NCBI GenBank assembly: GCA_038060895.1
Contig: JBBTCT010000034.1
Span: 56,951 to 120,950 of the forward strand
Reading direction: 5' to 3'
DNA: 64,000 bases
Source: Planctomycetota bacterium
Lineage (GTDB): Bacteria; Planctomycetota; MHYJ01; WSZJ01
This document shows, in pieces, positions 56,596 through 64,000 of this stretch (position 1 is the first letter of the stretch; every line of letters starts with the position of its first letter). The notes under the pieces are model-generated. The model did not search any database. It was not told where the DNA came from and saw nothing but the letters and a program-made list of their open reading frames with translations. The position numbers and the translations under genes are program-made.

Positions 56596-58254
56596 ATGTT
56601 CCGATCCGTGCGCTGGTGGGCGTGGCTGGCGTGCGGCATCGGCGTCGCGCTGGTCGCGTTCCGGATGGCTTCCCTTTCGGGGGCGTTCGTGTGGGGTGAT
56701 GTGGCAGGACGCCGCGCGCGGCCGCTGGATGAATTCGTGTTCCTGTGGCTGGGCGGCTGGCTCTTCTACGCGGGAGCCCTCCGCCTGGGCGCGTCGCTTC
56801 CGCCCCGCGTCCCGTCGCTTCTCGTGCTTCTGCTCCTCGCCGCAGGCGCGCGCGGCGCGTTCTTCGGGACGAATCCGATCCAGGAGGACGACGCCTACCG
56901 GTACCTGTGGGATGGACAGGTGGTGCTTGAGGGGGTGGATCCTTATCGGTGGTCGCCCGCGGAGGTCGCGGTCGCGGGGCTGAAGCCCGCGGAGCGCGAG
57001 GGCGTCTGGAGCAGGTCGTGGCGGATTTCGGAAATTCCGGCCGAGGTCCAGGCGCCGCCGCCCGATCTTGCACGGCTGTCGGGGCTGGTACCGGGATTTC
57101 ACCCGGACCGGACGGGGCCGTCGCCGGGAGCGCCCGCGCTGGAGAACTTCCGAAAAATCAACAATGCCACCGTCCCGACGGTCTACCCGCCGCTGAACAT
57201 GCCGGTCTTCGCGCTGGCGCAGAAGCTTGCTCCGTGGAATCTCGACGGGTTGCGCGCGATCTTTCTCGCGCTCGAGATCGCGACCATCGCTCTCCTCTGG
57301 TTTGCGCTTCGCGCCGCCGGCGCGAATCCCATGTGGGCCGCGGTGTACGCGTGGTGCCCGCTCACGATCAAGGAGATGGCAAACTCGCCTCACCACGACG
57401 CGATCGTCGTCTGCATGCTCGCGGCCTTCGTCCTGTGCGCGGTCGCGGAAATGCCGCGGCTCGCCGCGGCGGCTCTCGCGCTCGCGACCGCCGCGAAGCT
57501 CTACCCCGTCGTCCTCGTCCCCGTCCTCCTCGCATGGGCCTGGCGGCGCGACCGCCGTCTCGCCGTCGCCTCGGGCGCCATTTTCGCCGCCGTCCTCCTC
57601 GCCTGCTACGCCCCCTTCCTCAACGCCCATACCTTCCGCGGCGCCGGAGTCTTCGCGAGCGAGTGGAACTCCAACGCGGGCGCCTTCACCCTCATCCGAA
57701 AGGCCTGCGTCGCGATCTTCGGCGACGATCCCGTCAGGATCGGCTCCGGCCAGGCCGGCCTCGGCAGCCTCTACGCCCGCGCCACCGTCGCCGCGCTCGT
57801 CTGCGGCGCCGTCGCCGCCGCTGCATTCACACCTCGCTTCCGCAAACCTTCCATCGCCCCCATCGGCCGCGCCTGGGACCTCCCCTTCCGCTGCACCCTT
57901 GCCCTCGCCGCCGGATTCGCCCTCTCCCCCGCCCAGCACCCCTGGTACTTCGCCGGCATCCTCCCCTTCATCGCTCTCTTCCCCTGGCGCTCCTGGATCC
58001 TCCTCACCGGCACCCTCGCCCTCTACTACACCCGCTTCTACTTCAACTACGACCCTTCACGCTGGGAGCGCATCTGCCAGACGCTCGGGATGGTCGGAAG
58101 TGCCCCCTGGGACGAGAAGAAGGACTTCGAGTGGGTGCGACTGGTGGAGTACGCGCCGTTCTACGTGCTGCTCGTCTACGAGGGGTTGAGCGGTTGGCTA
58201 CGCGGCGGCAAAGCGGAGAATCCCGCGATTCCGGGGAAACTTCCGCCGGCCTGA
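56596..58254 (+). CDS. Membrane glycosyltransferase, GT87/GT-C-like
   Basis: EDDAYRYLWDG, TVYPP, YAWCPL, HHD, AKLYP, QHPWY; TATAAT 7 nt before ATG. Confidence 0.85.
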   Translation: MFRSVRWWAWLACGIGVALVAFRMASLSGAFVWGDVAGRRARPLDEFVFLWLGGWLFYAGALRLGASLPPRVPSLLVLLLLAAGARGAFFGTNPIQEDDAYRYLWDGQVVLEGVDPYRWSPAEVAVAGLKPAEREGVWSRSWRISEIPAEVQAPPPDLARLSGLVPGFHPDRTGPSPGAPALENFRKINNATVPTVYPPLNMPVFALAQKLAPWNLDGLRAIFLALEIATIALLWFALRAAGANPMWAAVYAWCPLTIKEMANSPHHDAIVVCMLAAFVLCAVAEMPRLAAAALALATAAKLYPVVLVPVLLAWAWRRDRRLAVASGAIFAAVLLACYAPFLNAHTFRGAGVFASEWNSNAGAFTLIRKACVAIFGDDPVRIGSGQAGLGSLYARATVAALVCGAVAAAAFTPRFRKPSIAPIGRAWDLPFRCTLALAAGFALSPAQHPWYFAGILPFIALFPWRSWILLTGTLALYYTRFYFNYDPSRWERICQTLGMVGSAPWDEKKDFEWVRLVEYAPFYVLLVYEGLSGWLRGGKAENPAIPGKLPPA

Positions 58255-58326
58255 ACCTGGCTTCCTCCTGTCGTCCGGGCACGACGCGTGCATTTCCCCC
58301 ATGCACCCCCTCCCCGGAGAACCGCC

Positions 58327-59838
58327 ATGGCCGAGTCCTTTTCTGAACTCCCTCAATACGAACTCGACACGGCCTTCTCCGACCTGCTGCCGCTCGAATT
58401 CTGCCTCGAGAAGAAGGTGGTTCTACTCGGCCGGCGCCCCGCCGACGCCTCGGCGGCCGTCAAAGCCGGGTGCCTGAACCCGGGAGACGTCTCGCTTCGC
58501 GACGAACTGGCCGTGAATCTGCGACGCCCGGTGACGCTCGTCCAACTCAACCCCTACGAGGTCCGCCACGCCCTCGAACACGTCTACGGCCTCGACCTCA
58601 AACTCGAAGAACCCGGCGTCGAGCGCGTCCAGGCCAGCCGCCGCATCTCCTTCGCGCAGGGACAAGCGCCGCGCGACATCCTCGGCGATCTCCTCGCAAC
58701 CGCAATCCGCGACGGCGCTTCCGATATCCACATCGAGTCCTACCCGGGCGACGCCGACCTCCGCTTCCGCATCGACGGCGTCATGCGCCAGATCCAGACC
58801 CCCCTCGCCCCCGACAATCTCGCCCGCGTCGTCTCCCGGCTCAAAGTCCTTTGCGGCGTCGATTTCGCCGAGCACCGCCACGCCCTCGACGGCCGGTTCA
58901 CTGTCCTGTTCGAGGACGGTAACAACTCCCGCAAGGTCGATCTCCGCGCCACGTTCCTGCCGGGCCCCCACGGCCTCGAGGTCGCGCTGCGCGTGCTGGA
59001 CCGGAAGCGCTTCATTTTGGACATCGACCACCTCGGCATGCCCGCGGCGATCACGAAGCGCTGGAAGTCGCTGATCAAGTACCCCTACGGGCTGATCCTG
59101 GCCGTCGGGCCGACGGGAGTCGGCAAAACGACGACGCTGTACGCTTCGGTCGAAGGGTTCCGCGGCGACAACCTGAAGGTCGTGACCGTGGAGGACCCGA
59201 TCGAATACGAGTTCCTGAAGGTGAACCAGAAGAACGTCTCGAAGGCGATGGGGTTCGCGGACTGGCTGCGCACGTTCCTGCGCGCGAATCCGGACGTCAT
59301 CCTCGTCGGCGAAATCCGCGACGCGGAAACGGCCGAGATCGCCATTCGCGCCGCGACGACGGGGCACCTCATCCTCTCGACCATGCACACCGGTGACGCC
59401 ATCGCCGCGATCGGACGCCTGCGCGCGCTCGGCGTGTCGGACGACTTCCTGAGCGACGTCCTCGTCGGCATCCTCGGCCAGCGGCTGATCCGCCGCGTCT
59501 GCCCGAAATGCCGCGCGCCGCACCAGCCGGCCGCGGAGCTCGTGGCCCAGTACTACGAGAAGCCACCGGCGGGCGGATTCGTGATGGGCAAGGGATGCGA
59601 AGCGTGCGGTGGTTCCGGCTACAGCGGCCAGCTGGGCGTCTTCGAACTCCTGACGCGCGACCCGGCCATCGAAGCGGCCATCGGCCGCGGGGTGCCCGTC
59701 GAGGAATTGCGCCAGGTGGCTCTCGCCCGCGGCTGGAAGCCGCTCGTCGAGGACGCGCTGGCGAGGGCCGAGAAGGGAGACACCACGCTGGAGGAGGTCG
59801 CGCGGAAGGTACCGCCGAGATTTGGAGTCCGGAATTAG
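58327..59838 (+). CDS. GspE/PulE/PilB family secretion ATPase
   Basis: ASDIHIE, GPTGVGKTTTLY, TVEDPIEY, LVGEIRD, TGHLILSTMH, CxxC pairs. Confidence 0.95.
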   Translation: MAESFSELPQYELDTAFSDLLPLEFCLEKKVVLLGRRPADASAAVKAGCLNPGDVSLRDELAVNLRRPVTLVQLNPYEVRHALEHVYGLDLKLEEPGVERVQASRRISFAQGQAPRDILGDLLATAIRDGASDIHIESYPGDADLRFRIDGVMRQIQTPLAPDNLARVVSRLKVLCGVDFAEHRHALDGRFTVLFEDGNNSRKVDLRATFLPGPHGLEVALRVLDRKRFILDIDHLGMPAAITKRWKSLIKYPYGLILAVGPTGVGKTTTLYASVEGFRGDNLKVVTVEDPIEYEFLKVNQKNVSKAMGFADWLRTFLRANPDVILVGEIRDAETAEIAIRAATTGHLILSTMHTGDAIAAIGRLRALGVSDDFLSDVLVGILGQRLIRRVCPKCRAPHQPAAELVAQYYEKPPAGGFVMGKGCEACGGSGYSGQLGVFELLTRDPAIEAAIGRGVPVEELRQVALARGWKPLVEDALARAEKGDTTLEEVARKVPPRFGVRN

Positions 59839-59858
59839 GTCGCCGTCTCCGATCGCCC

Positions 59859-61211
59859 CTACTCAAGCTTCTCCATCCAGGCCGTCCACTTCGCTTCGTA
59901 CTCGTCCAGCTTCGCCTCCGGGAAAATCGTCTTCACCGCGTCCTGCCACCGCGTTCCCTTCAGCAGCTCCTGCAGCAGTTTCCTGAAATCCTTCCGCAGC
60001 GCCTCGTTGTCCCCCTTCATCGCGTAGTACACCACCGACCACGCCTGGGCGTAGTTCGCCAGCACGTCCCCCGCATTCCACTGCTCATGCTCGTACATGA
60101 AGAACTCGCGGAACGGCGCCTGCTTCTTCTCCTTGATCACTCCCTTGATGCGCTCGAATCTCGTCATGAAGCGGTCGTCGACGGTCACGAGCTTTCCGAG
60201 GGTCAGCTTTGATCCGTCGTCCGACACGTCCCCCTTGCCCAGGAATTCCGCGATCCCCTCGTTCAGCCACTTCGGGTGCTGCGCCGTCAGCGCATCAAAG
60301 ACCTGGTGCCACCCCTCGTGCCAGAACGTGTCGAGCGTCCGCGCGTGAATGCCGCAGATTTCGCCGCCGCCGGGCTGGTTGAAGAGCTGGATGTACTTGA
60401 AGTTCGGATCGTAAAAGCCGAGGACGTTTTCGTGCTGCGCCTCGCCGCCGCCGGCGGTGGCGAAGTCGAGGAACTCCTGCTGGGTCTTGAGGAAGAAGAC
60501 GCGGAAGATTTTTCCCTTCGGCCATTGCGCCTCGGTGACGCCGGTGAGCCTCAGGTACTCCTTGCGCGTCAGCTCAAGCAGGTTGAAGACATTGACCAGC
60601 TCGGGGGACGGCTTCAGCAGTTTTTCGAGCTGGAACGCCTGGATCTTGTCCGCCGGGTTCAGTTTCGCGGCGACGGCCTCGATCTTGTCCATCTCCGCCG
60701 CGTCCACGCCCACGTCGGACACCACGCTGTAGTGCCCGAACGCCTTCCCGGAATACTCGAGCTTCGTGTAAGCGTGCGGCCACCGCTTCCGGTACGGCCC
60801 CTCGATCACCACGCGCAGCCTCTTTGCCCGCTCCGCGTAGTCCGGGTCGATCGGGCCGGAGAGCATGGCCAGCGCTTCGTCCCACTTGCCGTACTCGTGC
60901 AGCAGGTTCGCGCAGTACGTCCGGAACCAGCAGTCCTTCTTCAGCTCGACCGCCTTCTTGAATCCCTCCAGCGCCTTGTCGTCCTGCCGCAGGTCCCAGT
61001 GCGCGCTCCCCTTGTTCCCCCACCAGAGCCACTCGTCCTCCGGGTCCATCGTCCCCTTCGCCGCCTCCAGCACCGCGATCGCTTCCGCCGGCTTCCCCTC
61101 CTCCATCAGCTTCAGGGCCTGGTTGCACGCCTCCACTCCCTTGGGGGGCGGATCCCCGGCCAGGGCAGGGGACGCAACAAGGAGGAGCAGGAGCACGAGG
61201 CGAAGCGGCAT
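59859..61211 (-). CDS. Secreted TPR protein with DUF1570/peptidase MA-like domain
   Basis: Signal peptide, TPRs, HEGWHQ...WLNEGIAEF...YAQAWSVVYY. Confidence 0.8.
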   Translation of the reverse strand: MPLRLVLLLLLVASPALAGDPPPKGVEACNQALKLMEEGKPAEAIAVLEAAKGTMDPEDEWLWWGNKGSAHWDLRQDDKALEGFKKAVELKKDCWFRTYCANLLHEYGKWDEALAMLSGPIDPDYAERAKRLRVVIEGPYRKRWPHAYTKLEYSGKAFGHYSVVSDVGVDAAEMDKIEAVAAKLNPADKIQAFQLEKLLKPSPELVNVFNLLELTRKEYLRLTGVTEAQWPKGKIFRVFFLKTQQEFLDFATAGGGEAQHENVLGFYDPNFKYIQLFNQPGGGEICGIHARTLDTFWHEGWHQVFDALTAQHPKWLNEGIAEFLGKGDVSDDGSKLTLGKLVTVDDRFMTRFERIKGVIKEKKQAPFREFFMYEHEQWNAGDVLANYAQAWSVVYYAMKGDNEALRKDFRKLLQELLKGTRWQDAVKTIFPEAKLDEYEAKWTAWMEKLE

Positions 61212-61411
61212 GGAAGAAGTGTCGCACGGAAGTGCAGAAATTCCGCGAAGCGGCCTTTACGTGATCTATTTGTGTGATATCATCTGTGTATGTTGATCGC
61301 AACAACACTGCACATCCAGAGCATTTATCAGACCAACGCAGTCCGGGACGGATGTGCTCCGACCTGCTTCCCTCCTTCTGTCAACTCGAGGCCCCGTCTA
61401 TGCTTAGCCCC

Positions 61412-61945
61412 ATGCGGAAGACCATCGCCGACTACATGGCTTACGACGAAGAGCGCGTCGAACTCATCGACGGAGAGTTCCTCGTGACGCCAGCTCCGAT
61501 GGTGCCTCACCAGAGAATTGTCCGAAACCTGTATCGGCTTCTCGACCCGCAGATCGAGCGGCTCAAACTCGGCGAGTCAATTCTGTCGCCTGTCGATTGT
61601 TTCCTGGCCGATGACTGCGCAGTACAACCCGACTTCGTGTTCGTCCTCACGGTGCATGCGGATCGAGTAAGGAATCAAGTTCACGGGCCCCCGGACGTCG
61701 CAATGGAGATCCTCTCTCCCAGCCACCGCAAACGCGACCTTGAGATCAAGCTGAAGCTCTACCGGAAACACGGCGTCCCAGAGTATTGGATCGTCGATCC
61801 GAAGAACGAGACCGTCACCGTCCGCGTCCTGGAGTCCGGAGACTGGAGAATCCTTGGCGCGTGGAAACGCGGCGAGACAGCAGAGTCGCACGTCATGCGC
61901 GGCGTCACCGCGCCCGTCGATTCGGTATTCGGGCCGCGAGGTTGA
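61412..61945 (+). CDS. Uma2 family endonuclease
   Basis: ELIDGE...PAP...HQ...VQPD...EILSPS...KLKLY...GVPEYWIVDP. Confidence 0.9.
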   Translation: MRKTIADYMAYDEERVELIDGEFLVTPAPMVPHQRIVRNLYRLLDPQIERLKLGESILSPVDCFLADDCAVQPDFVFVLTVHADRVRNQVHGPPDVAMEILSPSHRKRDLEIKLKLYRKHGVPEYWIVDPKNETVTVRVLESGDWRILGAWKRGETAESHVMRGVTAPVDSVFGPRG

Positions 61946-61963
61946 AGCTCGCCCGGGTCCGAC

Positions 61964-63148
61964 TTACGCGAACACTCCCCTGAACTTCACCTGGTGCCCC
62001 GGGAAGACCTTGTCCATCTTCGTCTGCCCGCTCCGCTTCGCGAGAATCTCGGCCAGCACGTCGCGATAGTCCGTCGTCACCCTCAGATCGCCCGGCTCCT
62101 CCAGCTGTCCTTCCTCGAGCCCCGGCCAGTCCGCGATCACACGTCCGCCCTTGACCGCCCCGCCCATCACGAACATGCAGCTCGCGCGGCCGTGGTCGGT
62201 GCCGAAAGCGGTGTTCTCGTAGGCGCGGCGGCCGAACTCCGTCATGACGACGACGGTGGTGTGGGAGAGGTGTGTGCCGAGGTCCTTGCGGAAGGCGGCG
62301 AGACCCTGGGCTAGTTGCTCCTGGAGGCCGTCGATGAGGACGGACTGGCCGAAGTGACTGTCCCAGCCATTGAGGTCGACGGTGGCGGCCTCGAGCCCGA
62401 CGCCAGCCTTGATGAGGCGGGCGACGGCGAGGAGAGACTGGCCGTACTCGCCCTCGGGGTACTTCGCGCCGCCGGCGGGGACGTAGGGCTGGAGGCGCAT
62501 CTTGTCGAGCGTGTCGAGGACACTGAGCGACTGACGGCCGCTCCGCGCCAGGTCCGCGTCGGCGTGGCTGTACAGACGGTCGAGCGCTGCGGCGAGCGCG
62601 GCCTGCGAGCCGGCGTTGCGGCCGAGGTGGAATTCGTCGAAGGACTCGAGCGCCATCGCGACGGGGGCGCCGCGAAGTGTTTCCGGAAGCGACGGCCCCA
62701 TGCCGACCGCCATGAGCGGCGTGCGGTCCTCGGCGGGCTGGCACTGGAAGTGCCGCGCAAGCCAGCCGCCGGAGACGCCGGTCTCGAGGGAGGAAGCGCG
62801 TTCCATGAGGTCCTGCGCTTCAAAGTGCGACCGCGTCTGGTCTTCGCTTCCCGCCGCGTGGACGATCGCGAGGCACTTCTCGTCCCACAGTTCCTTCATC
62901 GGCGCGAGCTTCGGGTTGAGCGCGAACTTCCCGTCGAGGTTGATGCCTTTCGTGCCGCTGGTCTGGTCGGGCCGGGCGACGCCGAGGGACGGGCGCAGCT
63001 TGTAGTACGCCTTCTCCTCGAACGGGACGACGAGGTTCAGGCCGTCGGCGCCGCCGCGGAGGAAGACGCAGACGAGCGTGTCCTTGGGAGTGCGGACCGC
63101 GTTGACGTCGAAGACGACGCGCAGCAGGTTGCGGCGTGTGAGGATCAT
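61964..63148 (-). CDS. DUF1501 family protein
   Basis: FLRGGADGLN, RSHFEAQD, GWDSH, MTEFGR, GTDHG, TTDYRDV. Confidence 0.9.
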   Translation of the reverse strand: MILTRRNLLRVVFDVNAVRTPKDTLVCVFLRGGADGLNLVVPFEEKAYYKLRPSLGVARPDQTSGTKGINLDGKFALNPKLAPMKELWDEKCLAIVHAAGSEDQTRSHFEAQDLMERASSLETGVSGGWLARHFQCQPAEDRTPLMAVGMGPSLPETLRGAPVAMALESFDEFHLGRNAGSQAALAAALDRLYSHADADLARSGRQSLSVLDTLDKMRLQPYVPAGGAKYPEGEYGQSLLAVARLIKAGVGLEAATVDLNGWDSHFGQSVLIDGLQEQLAQGLAAFRKDLGTHLSHTTVVVMTEFGRRAYENTAFGTDHGRASCMFVMGGAVKGGRVIADWPGLEEGQLEEPGDLRVTTDYRDVLAEILAKRSGQTKMDKVFPGHQVKFRGVFA

Positions 63149-63149
63149 T

Positions 63150-64000
63150 TCAACACCTCTGAAAACCGGGACTGGCGAGCATCAGGCCGACCGCCTCGGA
63201 ACGTTTCACGTACGGGTCCAGCGGCGACGACTTCAGATATTCGGCCACCGCTTCCTTTTCAACCGGGAGGGCTTCTCTTCCCAGCACGAGCCTGAGGAAA
63301 AACGGCGCCGGGTCGTCCTGCGGCGCGCCCATCGCCTTGCCCAGGCGCTGGAGGTCGACGCTGGTGCCGCCGATGTTGCTCGTGGTGAGCGCGAGCGCGA
63401 AGTTCCACCGCCAGAGCATCGTGCCCAGCCACGGCATCGACTCGTCGGGGTAGCCGTCGGGGGTCGGGTGCTGGAAGGGCGACTGGCCCATCGCGCCGAG
63501 GTAGCGCAGAAGCGCCGGCGACGCGTTCGTGTCCGCGCCCAGCACACGCAGCGAAGAGACGACGAAGCGGAAGGGACGCTTCAGCTTCTGCCCTTTGGAC
63601 GCCTTGAATTCCTCGCAGGTCAGGACGGTGCGCACGGTCGCCTTGATGTCGCCGCCGGAGTCCTGGAAGGTCTTCGCGGTTTTCGCGATGGCGGAAACGG
63701 GAGGAGTATCGCTGATGAAGCGCCGGCAGAGTTTTTCAGCGAGGTAGTTGGCGGTGCTCGGGTGCGAAGAGACGATGTCGAGGACGCGCTCGAGGTCCTG
63801 CTCCTTGCCGCCGGCCGGGATCGTGTGCCCAAGGACGACCTTTTCGCCGTCGTCGTGCTCGCCCGGGTGGAACTCGACCTTCGCCTTCATCATCTGGTTC
63901 TCGCGCCGGCAGGTCCAACCCGTGAGGCACCGTGCGACTTCCATGACGTCCTTCTGCGTGTACCCGCCGTGCACGCCCAGCGTGTGCAGCTCGAGCAGCT
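63150..64000 (-). CDS. DUF1800 family protein, C-terminal part (5' end outside window)
   Basis: LLELHTLGVHGGYTQKDVMEVARCLTGW, HPSTA, KLKRPF, PDGYPD, LASPGFQR; upstream of DUF1501. Confidence 0.9.
   Translation of the reverse strand, partial: LLELHTLGVHGGYTQKDVMEVARCLTGWTCRRENQMMKAKVEFHPGEHDDGEKVVLGHTIPAGGKEQDLERVLDIVSSHPSTANYLAEKLCRRFISDTPPVSAIAKTAKTFQDSGGDIKATVRTVLTCEEFKASKGQKLKRPFRFVVSSLRVLGADTNASPALLRYLGAMGQSPFQHPTPDGYPDESMPWLGTMLWRWNFALALTTSNIGGTSVDLQRLGKAMGAPQDDPAPFFLRLVLGREALPVEKEAVAEYLKSSPLDPYVKRSEAVGLMLASPGFQRC

Noticed and set aside
58327-59838. Type II secretion or type IV pilus locus
   Set aside because: Only the ATPase is present, with no platform, pilin or secretin genes nearby; orphan paralogs are common.

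Overview
GC-rich bacterial chromosome segment. The gene repertoire (DUF1800/DUF1501 pair, DUF1570-type TPR proteins, ECF sigma factor fused to carboxypeptidase-regulatory-like repeats, prenyltransferase-repeat protein) suggests a Planctomycetota-like organism; this is inference and no database search was run. About 55 genes are present, mostly in a patchwork accessory region, with no rRNA, tRNA, CRISPR array, integrase or transposase recognised. Main observations: (1) Four signal-peptide genes are interrupted by one in-frame TGA followed by a hairpin, and the ORF track splits all four, so they are probable selenoproteins. Two are UxxC thioredoxin-fold proteins (4397, probably truncated; 37984). 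Two look like unfamiliar types: a TIMP/NTR-like domain with the TGA at a Cys-equivalent site (1197) and a thioredoxin-fold protein whose mature N-terminus is Gly-Sec-Cys (45343). (2) Accessory cassettes are bounded by duplicated 3' ends of conserved genes (three hisS tails, a cyclophilin tail, a selenoprotein tail) and interspersed with gene scraps. (3) Small unexplained systems: GT2-radical SAM-kinase operon, C39 peptidase with a double-glycine partner, FAAL-ACP-reductase next to a PAP2-like gene, and a DUF455-ATP-grasp fusion. (4) Many genes have a -10 hexamer 6-7 nt before the start codon, suggesting leaderless transcripts. All family assignments come from motif recognition by eye.
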